Origin: Thermodesulfovibrionales bacterium
GTDB taxonomy: Bacteria > Nitrospirota > Thermodesulfovibrionia > Thermodesulfovibrionales > UBA9159
Assembly: GCA_050014695.1 (NCBI GenBank)
Contig: JBEKCV010000003.1
Location: 13,727-77,726 of the forward strand
DNA length: 64,000 nt
Reading direction: 5' to 3'
Within the stretch, counting starts at the first letter, position 1. Every line of letters starts with the position of its first letter. Under the pieces are notes generated by a model that saw only the letters and a program-made list of their open reading frames with translations, searched no databases and was not told where the DNA came from. This document shows, one piece after another, positions 1 through 9,373 of this stretch. The position numbers and the translations under genes were made by a program.

Positions 1-170
1 GGAGTGGATCCGGCTTGTCTTTTGCGATGTTATCGACCTCGTCAAGGCCGAGTTGGACAGGTACGAACTCATGGATCTGATAGGATAGGAAAAGATGCGT
101 TCTACGAAACTATCAGTGCTGTAGTAAGCGCATGTGACAAGAAATCGCCTGGCGACATTATGAGGAAATG
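1..170 (+). pseudogene. 3' end of SulP/STAS-domain-like gene, frameshifted by an ATAGG tandem duplication
   Basis: Reads EWIRLVFCDVIDLVKAELDRYELMDLIG, then KDAFYETISAVVSA in another frame; ataggatagg at the junction. Confidence 0.4.
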
Positions 171-199
171 AGGACGTTCTCTCTCTCCTGCAACGTTAG

Positions 200-436
200 T
201 TACCCTCTATACCCATGGCCTCTTTGTTTAACAGTCTTCGGAAAGCCCTTCTCTCCTTTCTTGATAATATCAACTTCCTGCCCTGTTTCCTTTGCATGTC
301 TCTCATGTTTTTCCATCACTATTTTTTCTGCCATAAGCCAATCATCCAAGTCATGCCCGTGAGCCCTGTCCTTTGTCTCATAAAATTCGTACGCAACCTT
401 TGTAATCTCATCGTGTAACCCATTTTTCTTTTTCAT
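200..436 (-). CDS. DUF2934-domain small protein
   Basis: EITKVAYEFYE..RAHGHDLDDWLMAE pattern; GGAGG RBS. Confidence 0.75.
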   Translation of the reverse strand: MKKKNGLHDEITKVAYEFYETKDRAHGHDLDDWLMAEKIVMEKHERHAKETGQEVDIIKKGEKGFPKTVKQRGHGYRG

Positions 437-720
437 TCGTCCTCCATCAAAATAATATCCTTCAGTTGACAGGACATTGCTTCTTTAATATAAGAAAAGA
501 TTCAAGCCCGGCTTCACGAGCTTCCTTCTGTGTCAGTGTTTGCCGTGTCAATGCATCATTCTTGCTCCCTCCCCGGCTTCAAAAAAGCCTGTTTGTCAAG
601 ATCAGGATTAGGTCGGCAAGGCAGAGGTCCCGGGCATGCTACGCCTATTTCTGGATTATTCCATGACGCAGACCGCCACCCAGATTTCATCTTCATCGTG
701 ACGGCAATTCGTCTTCCACA

Positions 721-1140
721 TTAAAAAAACCCGAGCCTCTTCAGCTCCCTAAATACCCAATCATCTTCGATTAGTTTATCCTCCTGAAGGTCAGGAAGAC
801 TTGTAGCATATTCGCTAAGAAAGAGAAACGCCATTATTTTTCTGTCTGAATCGAGCACATCCGCCTTGTCGAAAGCTACGCTTATCAGCTGGCTTCTGAC
901 CCATAGTGCGTTGATCCTTTCATGGATAACCGTATCGGGAATATGCTTCCGTATGAGCATCCTAAGGCGCTTTCCGTCTTCCGATATCAGTTTAAATGGT
1001 CTCTCCTTACTATCGTGCTCATGGATACCGTGGTCGGCACACCATTCGGATATATTCGATACAAAAACTATGTCCTCCAGCAGCAGGCTGCACTGCTCCT
1101 TCAGGTATTGGAAAAGCTCGCCATATTTCTCTGCTTCCAT
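721..1140 (-). CDS. hypothetical protein
   Basis: 139-aa ORF with RBS-like GAAGGGGG and normal composition. Confidence 0.6.
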   Translation of the reverse strand: MEAEKYGELFQYLKEQCSLLLEDIVFVSNISEWCADHGIHEHDSKERPFKLISEDGKRLRMLIRKHIPDTVIHERINALWVRSQLISVAFDKADVLDSDRKIMAFLFLSEYATSLPDLQEDKLIEDDWVFRELKRLGFF

Positions 1141-1226
1141 CGTTCGTCCCCCTTCATACCATTAAAGTGCAAAATATATTACTGAAGACATTACCATGAC
1201 AACCATAAAAAAAGTGATGCTTGCAG

Positions 1227-1679
1227 TTATCTTCTCACAACCAGGACAGGAAATTTTGTCTCCCTGTGTATTACGCCGATTGTTACACTGCCGAGAAGAG
1301 CAGCGCGTAATGCGCTTTTTCCGTGAGAGCCCATGACTATGAGGTCGACTTCGGTGCTCTCTGCCGCCTCTATGATCTCCTCGACAGGGTGTCCCGCCTT
1401 GATAATCTTCTGTGACCCCACTTCTTTGATCTTGCATAGACCTTCGGCCTCCGCAACATAGGCTTCGGCAGCCTGTCTAAAGTAATCTCCCAGATTCTCT
1501 AGCAGACGGGTCGGGGTTGATACAGAGGGAACGGTCTGTGCAACAGAATAAGGACTTTTATCGATCACGCTCAGCAATATAATTGTTGATCCTGTCTGTT
1601 TTGCAAGATCTACAGCATATTCCAAAGCTTTCCGTCCAGTTTCAGAACCGTCAATGGGTACCAGTATTTTCCTGATCAT
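1227..1679 (-). CDS. universal stress protein (UspA family)
   Basis: KILVPIDGS, DLIVMGSHG, LLGSV, PVLVVR motifs. Confidence 0.93.
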   Translation of the reverse strand: MIRKILVPIDGSETGRKALEYAVDLAKQTGSTIILLSVIDKSPYSVAQTVPSVSTPTRLLENLGDYFRQAAEAYVAEAEGLCKIKEVGSQKIIKAGHPVEEIIEAAESTEVDLIVMGSHGKSALRAALLGSVTIGVIHRETKFPVLVVRR

Positions 1680-2065
1680 AACGCCTCCTTTATAGGCTAT
1701 TCATGTTTTTTTATACACTATATCACAGAATGGTGGTGTATCCTATGATATTTCAAGGAAGCATTTATTCGCCATGCACATTATCGAAGGCTCGATGGTA
1801 TATTTGGCGATATTATTTGTGCAGGACAAATCTCCTGCCGTACGTTTGTATTCTGAAGGTAAGATTAGTCACTCCTCTGGGAGGATTAATTCCATTAAGT
1901 CCATCCAGCTCTATGATATTGGGAGCCTTATAATTCGGTAAGTCAAATTCAAGAGCAAATCTCTGTATCTTTCACATGACTACGGAAATCCATATCGGGG
2001 ACATGCTGCACATGCCTTCCTGCCCCCTTTGAAAACTGCAGCGCTGTGCGATAGAATATTAGTCT

Positions 2066-2392
2066 ATGATCGCAACAGAACAGATTTATCAGACCGTTGC
2101 TCTCATCCTTATCGTCGGATTGCTCGATACCCTAGAGCGGATCCGCCCCCGTTTTCTTGTAAACCGCAGACTCAACCTTCGGCTGAACATCATTGCGAAC
2201 TTGGGCCACCTGGAATGGCTCCTCATCACCCCGAACTTCCACCGCATACATCACGGAACACGGGGGCGGGGGCTTGCGAGCAAGAACCTCGGTTTTGTTC
2301 TGACCTTTTGGGATAGGATGTTTCGCACTTACGCGAATCCCCAGACAATCGGGGATGCTTTTGCACTCTCCTCTGTTTCAATGAGGGCGTGA
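2066..2392 (+). pseudogene. internally deleted sterol desaturase / fatty-acid hydroxylase family gene
   Basis: N-terminal TM segment LERIRP joined directly to the C-terminal TPNFHRIHH..NLGFVLTFWDRMFRTY box; central His boxes missing. Confidence 0.7.
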
Positions 2393-2543
2393 TTTCCTCG
2401 GCGGCCGGCCGGGTTGCAGTCCGCGTTATTCGCACGGACGAAGTATGCATGATAGCCAAGACGGTGTGCCGCGTTCTCGGCCTCCAGGGGGGAAAGGAAA
2501 TGTGCCATAAAGACGAAGAGGGTAACCTCAGGGACAGACCGCA

Positions 2544-4004
2544 GTGACGATGACAATTGGTAATCTGGTGCACGACGTCTGGCACATCGCTGCCATCGGG
2601 CTTGGGTTGCTTCTCTCTGTGTTGGCGACTGGGCACGCGGTTCTCAATAAACGTGATTCGCGCGTCGCCATCGCGTGGGTGGGTTTCGTTTGGCTCGTAC
2701 CCCTAGTCGGGGCTGTCATGTACTTCATTTTCGGAGTCAATCGCATTCGCCATAAGGCCGCTCTGCTGCGAAGGAACCTTAAGCGGTACAGGGCTGAAGC
2801 CGCGCAAGCCGAATGTCTTCCTGACGAGTTGCAGCACCATCTGCCGGATCACGGAGGGCATCTCAAGATGCTGGCTCGAGTCGTTGGGGGTATGGTAGAG
2901 CGACCCTTGCTGCCAGGCAATCGGATCGATCCGTTAGTGAACGGAGATGAAGCCTATCCTGCCATGTTGAAAGCGATCCAACACGCAAGCGAGACTGTCT
3001 CTCTCGTGACCTATATTTTCGATCGGGATGAAGTCGGGATGGCCTTTGCGCATGAGCTTGGCGAGGCCGCGCGCCGGGGCGTGGAAGTTCGGGTGCTGAT
3101 TGACGCGACGGGGAGTCGGTATTCCTGGCCAACCATTCTCCACACGCTGCGACAAGAGGGGGTGAAGCATGCACGGTTTCTCCCGTTTGCTTTGTGGCAT
3201 TTGATGTCGATGAACATGCACACACACCGCAAGATCTTGGTGACGGATGGGCGCGTGGGATTTACCGGCGGCATGAATATTCGAGTGGGACACTGCCTTG
3301 AACGCCAGCCGAAACACCCGGTGCTGGACACCCATTTCCGAGTGCAGGGCCCTGTGGTAAGTCAAATGCAAGAAGTGTTCGCCGATGATTGGCTGTTCAC
3401 GACCGGTGAATCTTTGCGTGGCGATTTGTGGTTTCCCAAAACCGAAAGCGCGGGGCAAGTATTGGCGCGAGGCGTGACCGATGGACCGGACGAGAATTTC
3501 GAGAAGCTTTTTTGGACGCTCTTGGGAGCGCTGTCGATCGCCCGCTATTCAGTTCGGATCATGACTCCTTATTTTCTACCCGACCCTGTCGTGATCTCCG
3601 CCCTGAATCTGGCAGCAATGCGGGGTGTGCAAGTTGACATCATTTTGCCCTCACGGATCAATCTGCCTTTGGTCCTTTGTGCCTCTCGGGCGATGTGGTC
3701 GCAGGTGCTACAACATGGATGTCGAATATGGCTAACCCCGCCTCCATTCGATCACTCCAAACTTATGCTGGTAGATGGCTGCTGGGTGTTGCTGGGATCG
3801 GCCAACTGGGATTCGAGAAGCTTGCTCCTTAACTTCGAGTTCAACGTGGAATGTTACGACGTTGAACTTGCCCAACGGCTTGATCAGCTGGTCGAGACAA
3901 GACGGAATGCCGCCCGTCCTGTGACGCTGGAGGAGGTCGATGGCCGCCCACTGCCGGCTCGCCTATGCGACGGCATTGCGCGATTGCTGACGCCGTACTT
4001 GTAG
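2544..4004 (+). CDS. cls: cardiolipin synthase (PLD family)
   Basis: N-terminal TM PLDc_N region; two HKD motifs (HRKILVTDG, HSKLMLVDG...GSANWD). Confidence 0.92.
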   Translation: MTMTIGNLVHDVWHIAAIGLGLLLSVLATGHAVLNKRDSRVAIAWVGFVWLVPLVGAVMYFIFGVNRIRHKAALLRRNLKRYRAEAAQAECLPDELQHHLPDHGGHLKMLARVVGGMVERPLLPGNRIDPLVNGDEAYPAMLKAIQHASETVSLVTYIFDRDEVGMAFAHELGEAARRGVEVRVLIDATGSRYSWPTILHTLRQEGVKHARFLPFALWHLMSMNMHTHRKILVTDGRVGFTGGMNIRVGHCLERQPKHPVLDTHFRVQGPVVSQMQEVFADDWLFTTGESLRGDLWFPKTESAGQVLARGVTDGPDENFEKLFWTLLGALSIARYSVRIMTPYFLPDPVVISALNLAAMRGVQVDIILPSRINLPLVLCASRAMWSQVLQHGCRIWLTPPPFDHSKLMLVDGCWVLLGSANWDSRSLLLNFEFNVECYDVELAQRLDQLVETRRNAARPVTLEEVDGRPLPARLCDGIARLLTPYL

Positions 4005-4050
4005 TCCGGGACTTATGTGTGAGCAAATCCATTTGGAAAGAAAGGCGATC

Positions 4051-4233
4051 ATGAAGATGAACAAAAAGAATGCAACGGATGAACTATTGTCAACCGAACT
4101 GCTTTCCAAAATCGACGCCTACTGGCGCGCCGCTGACTGTCTGTTGGTCGGCCAAGGCATGGCGCTTTTGGCGGTTGCTTCAGACAAATACGAGTATCAC
4201 CTAAACCTTGAAGCCGTGGAGGGGATCTGGTGA
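4051..4233 (+). pseudogene. N-terminal fragment of phosphoketolase (Xfp family)
   Basis: LSTELLSKIDAYWRAADCLLVGQ matches the Xfp N-terminus (..DAYWRAANYLSVGQ), then unrelated sequence. Confidence 0.7.
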
Positions 4234-4574
4234 GGTGATTGCATCATCCGCACCGCGTAGTTCGGTTAGAAACTCCAGAACAGTGTCGCGTTGACAGTAT
4301 CTGATATTTTGATATGCTTTTAGTGGAAGGGGGTTTCCAGCGAGGAGACCTCAAGGAGAAACGATTCTGAACCTGCAAAGGCGATATCCGATCGGCGTCG
4401 AGATGCAGCCGAATGGCGCTTCGCCCAAAGAAAGTGGAAGTGGTGCTAGTGGGCCTTTTTCAGAGGAGGTGACTCCGGAAAATGATTTACGGGCATTAAT
4501 TTCCGTGGGTTCATTTATTAACCTTGCAAACCTTTCAATGATTTGATGGCACATCGAAGGACAGGAGGAGGGAA

Positions 4575-4889
4575 ATGAAGAAGGTTATTTTTATGACAGT
4601 GTTAATGGTTTTTGGATTGGCCTTGTTTTCGGGCTGCGCCAGTATGACGGGCGAAACAGCAGGTGAAAATATCGACGACTCAACGATTCATACGCAAGCT
4701 ACTGCGGTAGTAATTCAAGACCCGGATGTTCATTATTTCAAGATTGATGTGAATGTTACACAAGGGAATGTTGTGCTTACAGGTTTTGTGAATAGCAGAG
4801 AGACCGAGGAGCGGCTTGTAGCAAAGATCGGGGAAATCAGGGGTGTAAAATCCGTGAAGAGCCTCTTGAAAGTGGAAGAGAAAAAGTAG
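4575..4889 (+). CDS. BON-domain (OsmY-like) lipoprotein
   Basis: Lipobox FSGC; IDDSTI..IDVNVTQGNVVLTGFV..GVKSVKSLL. Confidence 0.88.
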   Translation: MKKVIFMTVLMVFGLALFSGCASMTGETAGENIDDSTIHTQATAVVIQDPDVHYFKIDVNVTQGNVVLTGFVNSRETEERLVAKIGEIRGVKSVKSLLKVEEKK

Positions 4890-4907
4890 ATGGATAAGGG
4901 GCATTCC

Positions 4908-5044
4908 ATGAAAGCACTCCTCATTTATCCGGAATTCCCGGGACCGGGAATGCAGCGGAAAAAGACCTGGTCAGCAAACTCGTCAACGACGTAAAGGGTG
5001 TGAAGCGCGTAAAGAACCAGATGACCATCGAGGAGTCCCAATAG
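4908..5044 (+). pseudogene. deletion chimera: start of a B12-binding radical SAM gene joined to the end of a BON-domain gene
   Basis: MKALLIYPEFP followed by NAAEKDLVSKLVNDVKGVKRVKNQMTIEESQ*. Confidence 0.6.
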
Positions 5045-5118
5045 ACGCCGGATCTTGCCGGCTGGCGCAAGATACGCCAACTGGCAGTGGACCTAAAGCA
5101 AACTGAAAGGAGGATCAT

Positions 5119-5268
5119 ATGCTGTGGACGATCGCTTTGATACTGATAGTTCTGTGGGTGCTGGGGCTGGTGACCAGCTACACGATGGGAGGGTTGATTC
5201 ATATCCTGCTGGTAATTGCTGTTATCGTGATCCTGATCAACATTATTCAGGGACGCAGAGCTTTGTAG
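5119..5268 (+). CDS. lmo0937/DUF5670-family small membrane protein (49 aa, absent from the ORF track)
   Basis: MLWTIALILIVLWVLGLVTSYTMGGLIHILLVIAVIVILINIIQGRRAL with AGGAGG RBS. Confidence 0.85.
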   Translation: MLWTIALILIVLWVLGLVTSYTMGGLIHILLVIAVIVILINIIQGRRAL

Positions 5269-5520
5269 CCTGCAGGAGATTATCAACCGATTCAGAGCGA
5301 CAACAGAAAGGCGGAGCAAAATGACATACACGCTGATAGACATCATCCTTATCGTGATCGGAATCGTCGCGCTCGCGTATCAGTAGCGGAAGGCAACGCG
5401 ATACAGTGCGATATCGCAAGCGCTGCATTGGCCGAAAATATGAAAACAAGCCCTTACTATCCTTGACGCTTTCTGCTTTGAGTGTTAGAGTAAGTTTATA
5501 ATGACGATTCTTGAAAAAGA

Positions 5521-5991
5521 ATGCGGAGCGCTTTAGTGGGAATTTCAGCCGTGACTTCAAACAGAAACAAGCAAATCATTTTCACAACGCTGTTTCTCAT
5601 ATACTTTATTGTCTATGCAATATCACCCCTGTCCGGTACTTTCACAGGGAAAAGTGATATTACGAATTCTTCCGTCCCGAGACGGGCTGTGTCATTTGCA
5701 GAGAATCTCCATATCTGGTCATGGGAGCTGATCTTTTCAGAGTTTTCCGAAAAAGATAATAGTTCACACTCACCATCCAGAGTTGGCGTCCTCATCAGAA
5801 AGGCTCGGGCCATTATTCCTGAGGATACCGTCATGAAATCACTCCCTTTAGAGAAAAATGTCCTAATACCTAAGAACCTTCTTCCGCTGCCTGTTGATCT
5901 CCCATCAGGGGTAACAGTCTTTTTCAGCATCGGAAGAAACCTGAAAGGCTTTTGTTCCCTCTATTCCGGTCTTTCGCCCCCTTTTGTATAA
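5521..5991 (+). CDS. hypothetical membrane-anchored protein
   Basis: 156-aa ORF, N-terminal TM helix, C-terminal SGLSPP motif. Confidence 0.55.
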   Translation: MRSALVGISAVTSNRNKQIIFTTLFLIYFIVYAISPLSGTFTGKSDITNSSVPRRAVSFAENLHIWSWELIFSEFSEKDNSSHSPSRVGVLIRKARAIIPEDTVMKSLPLEKNVLIPKNLLPLPVDLPSGVTVFFSIGRNLKGFCSLYSGLSPPFV

Positions 5992-6163
5992 CTCTTTTTT
6001 TTCGCAGTTCTGAAATTCGATTCAACAAGAAAAAACAGAAGTCTTCTCTCAAAGCTCTTTCATGCCATTGCAGACGCTTTGAGGGAATGAGCTCTTAAAA
6101 TCATTGTGCGGAGGAAATATAAAACGCATTTTTCCATTCTTCTTAGTCATATGGGAGAACGCA

Positions 6164-6740
6164 ATGAGGGTTGTCGCCTTCAACGGGAGTGCTCGTAAGG
6201 ATGGGAATACTGCAATCTTGTTAAATCTCGTTCTGGATGAGATGAAGAAAGAAGGCATCGGAACGGAGCTTGTGCAGCTGTCCGATAAACCCATTCAAGG
6301 ATGCATTGCCTGTTACAAATGTTTCAGCAACAAGGACGGTAAAGGCGCTGTGGATACGGATTTTGCGAATGAAGGTATCGCAAAAAATGCATGAAGCCGA
6401 TGGGATTCTCGTCGGTTCACCCACCTACTTTGCTAATGTGTCAGCCGGCATCAAGGCACTCATTGAGCGGTGTGGTATGGTCGCGCGAGCCAATGGACAT
6501 ATGTTCAAGCACAAGGCGGGGGCAGGGGTTGTTGCTGTACGGCGTGCGGGAGCCATCCATGTGTTCAGCTCGATCAACTACTTCTTCCTCATCGGCCAGA
6601 TGATTATTCCTGGATCCAGCTACTGGAACGTAGCTTCCCGAAGGGAACCGGGCGAAATGATGAATGATGCCGAGGGTATTCAGACGATGAAGAATCTTGG
6701 GCAGAATATGGCATGGCTTCTCAAAAAGATTCATGCTTAA
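6164..6740 (+). pseudogene. iron-sulfur flavoprotein / NADPH-dependent FMN reductase family, frameshifted
   Basis: MRVVAFNGSARKDGNT..CIACYKC, continuing in a shifted frame as ADGILVGSPTYF; A6 run at ~6382-6387. Confidence 0.85.
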
Positions 6741-6764
6741 GAAATCAAAATAAAGGAGACGATC

Positions 6765-7496
6765 ATGAGATTACTGTTGACAGCATTGCTAGGTATATGT
6801 CTTCTGGCGAGTCTTGCACAGGCAGCAGACCAGGCGGCACTCAAGGATTCAAAGGACAAATTAAGCTACAGCATCGGTGTAGATATCGGGCACAGATTGA
6901 AAGGTCAATCCATCGATGTCGATCCGGACATTCTCGCAAAAGGGATTAAGGATATCTTTACGGGCGGGAAACTTCTCCTGACCGAGCAGGAAGTCCGTGA
7001 TACCTTAACTACCTTTCAAAAGGACATGATCGCTAAACAGAAGGAGCGCGCAAAGGTCCTCGGTGAAAAAAATAAAAAAGAGGGAGAGGCATATCTCGAA
7101 GCGAACAGGAAAAAGAAAGGCGTGAAAGTCCTGCCGAGTGGACTGCAATATAAGGTGATAACAGAGGGTAAGGGAAAGACACCCAAGGCGACTGATACCG
7201 TGACGGTCAATTACAAGGGTACCTTGATAGACGGAACCGAATTTGACAGTTCTTACAAAAAAGGACAGCCGGCAACCTTTCCAGTAAACAAGGTCATTCC
7301 GGGCTGGACCGAATCCTTGCAATTGATGAAAGAAGGCTCGAAATGGCAGATCGTCGTTCCTCCTGCCCTCGCATACAAAGAAATGGGGGCAGGAAACATG
7401 ATCGGTCCCGATGCGACCCTGATTTTTGAAATCGAACTTATTTCGGTTAAACCGGCTGAGGCTAAACCAGTTCCGGCTACTAAACCGGCTAAATAG
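6765..7496 (+). CDS. FKBP-type peptidyl-prolyl isomerase (Mip/FkpA-like) with signal peptide
   Basis: KLSYSIG, SGLQYKVI, VNYKGTLIDGTEFDSSY, VIPGWTE motifs. Confidence 0.95.
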   Translation: MRLLLTALLGICLLASLAQAADQAALKDSKDKLSYSIGVDIGHRLKGQSIDVDPDILAKGIKDIFTGGKLLLTEQEVRDTLTTFQKDMIAKQKERAKVLGEKNKKEGEAYLEANRKKKGVKVLPSGLQYKVITEGKGKTPKATDTVTVNYKGTLIDGTEFDSSYKKGQPATFPVNKVIPGWTESLQLMKEGSKWQIVVPPALAYKEMGAGNMIGPDATLIFEIELISVKPAEAKPVPATKPAK

Positions 7497-7556
7497 GACG
7501 AGGGCCTGTTCAGTAGACTTGGCATTTATCATTCCGAACGCCATGTCTCATAACGC

Positions 7557-7736
7557 ATGGAGTGTATGCCCATCCGCATTTGCCGGGAAACGCTAAAGAA
7601 ACTCGACAAGGTTCGGGTCTCTTTCTTTAGTCTCCGGCATCAATATGCAGGAGGGAAGCTCAAGCACAAGCCGGGAATGCCAAAGTATCGAAAGGACAGA
7701 AAGAAAGGGTTATCAACAGGTGCTTGTCTTAATTAA
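7557..7736 (+). mobile_element. IS200/IS605 TnpB internal fragment
   Basis: RETLKKLDKVRVSFFSLRHQY..KHKPGMPKYRK resembles the TnpB ..LKKLD.AWKSFF....P..PKY region. Confidence 0.55.
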
Positions 7737-7771
7737 CAAATGGGGTCGATAGGAGTGAGGGGGAGGCGGTC

Positions 7772-8845
7772 ATGAAGCAATCGTCATTCATCAGGAGCCA
7801 ACCATCAGCCAGAGGATTGAGGTCAGCTTTTATTATCATCTTCCTCTTGACGATTCACTTCTCTGTGTTCAATGTCTTTGCAGCGGATATCAGCTCCAAG
7901 GCAGCGGTGGTGATGGAGGCATCGACCGGAAGGATCCTTTACGGAAAGAACCCTGACTTGAGGCTGGCCCCTGCGAGCACCACAAAACTCATGACCGCAA
8001 TGGTCACCTTGGACAGGATGGATCCCGCTGATACTGCTGTCATAAGCGAAAGAGCGGCCGGCGTATCGCCGGTGAAGCTGAATCTGAAGGCTGGAGAGAG
8101 GGTTACGGTAGAAACCCTACTCAACGCTGCGCTTATAAAATCGGCCAATGATGCGGCCTATGCCCTCGCAGAAGCGACGGGAGGCAGCGAGGATCGTTTT
8201 GTTGAACTCATGAATCAGAAGGTGATTGCGCTGGAGATGCCCGATACGAATTTTGTCAATGCCACGGGGTTGCCAGGTAGTGGGCAGTATACCACTGCGT
8301 ATGACCTTGCGAAGATGCTGAGAGAAGCCCTCAAATATCCACTCATCAAAGAGCTGATCAACACAAAGGCCAGATGGATCTCCACGGAAGAGGGCAGGGC
8401 TATCGCCATCAAAAACAGCGACAAACTTCTCTGGGCAGATGAGACGATGCTCGGCGGCAAGACGGGATATACTCGTGAAGCGAAGCACTGCTTTGTCGGT
8501 GCCAAAGAGCAGGGCAACGAGACGGTTATTGTTGCATTGCTGGGTGCGTCCAGCAGACAGAGCCTGTGGAGGGAATCCGAAGAGCTGCTGGAGAAGGGTT
8601 TCGCCGTTACAAATGGGAAAGAAGAACCGGTGATGCTTATCACGAAATCTGAGGATGAAGCATCTGTTTATCCAGCGGCATACAGTGCAAAGGCTTCCGA
8701 TATGAAGGGAAGGGCCCACAAAAAGACGAGAAAGACATCGCAGAGAAAAGCGAAACGAGGGAAGTCCGTCACACACATCAGGAAACATAAGTCAAGGGTG
8801 AATACCGAAGCGAGGGTAGAGAAAATAAATGGAAGTAAGGGCTAA
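7772..8845 (+). CDS. D-alanyl-D-alanine carboxypeptidase (peptidase S11)
   Basis: PASTTK (SxxK), SAN (SxN), GKTG; basic C-terminal tail. Confidence 0.93.
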   Translation: MKQSSFIRSQPSARGLRSAFIIIFLLTIHFSVFNVFAADISSKAAVVMEASTGRILYGKNPDLRLAPASTTKLMTAMVTLDRMDPADTAVISERAAGVSPVKLNLKAGERVTVETLLNAALIKSANDAAYALAEATGGSEDRFVELMNQKVIALEMPDTNFVNATGLPGSGQYTTAYDLAKMLREALKYPLIKELINTKARWISTEEGRAIAIKNSDKLLWADETMLGGKTGYTREAKHCFVGAKEQGNETVIVALLGASSRQSLWRESEELLEKGFAVTNGKEEPVMLITKSEDEASVYPAAYSAKASDMKGRAHKKTRKTSQRKAKRGKSVTHIRKHKSRVNTEARVEKINGSKG

Positions 8846-8964
8846 GAAGCTTTGAACTCCCTAAGAACCTATCGGTTTCATAAAACCTCCCTCCGTATAA
8901 AATATTGCACAGGAACTCTCTCAGGTCCTGTTTCAGGTCTGACTGAATTGAGGAAAGCCTTCTT

Positions 8965-9135
8965 TTAGTCTTGAAGCCTGTAGCCCAACTTTTCTATGCT
9001 TTCCCTGGTAATCCTCAGAATATATTGTTCCGTAAGCTTTGAATCATCGAAGTCAATCACAATGTTGCCGTTTTCAATATCGATGGAGTTGACACCATCC
9101 ATCTCCCCAATGAATCTTCGCAGAGCCAGGGAACA
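8965..9135 (-). pseudogene. C-terminal remnant of heavy-metal-associated (HMA-like) domain protein
   Basis: CSLALRRFIGEMDGVNSIDIENGNIVIDFDD..SIEKLGYRLQD*; start and first Cys missing. Confidence 0.55.
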
Positions 9136-9373
9136 GAGGACATCGGCAGACCTTGGGGAGCCTCCCCCGGTTTTTTGCGGTCTCCAGAATGCACGAACAA
9201 AGACTTTACCCTCGTAATCCTGACCCTGCGCGGTCTGATATACTTATAACATATTCCGTGAGAGGGCACCGTGTCAGGACGGGATGCGTGTGCACCGGTG
9301 CATTTGAGGTGGATGAAGAGGGGAGTCCGAGTTATGCTATCCGGCAGTCATAGCTAGTGAAACGTTCGACATC

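Noticed and set aside
4300..4560. Riboswitch or ncRNA upstream of the BON gene
   Set aside because: I could not match a known consensus or build a convincing fold
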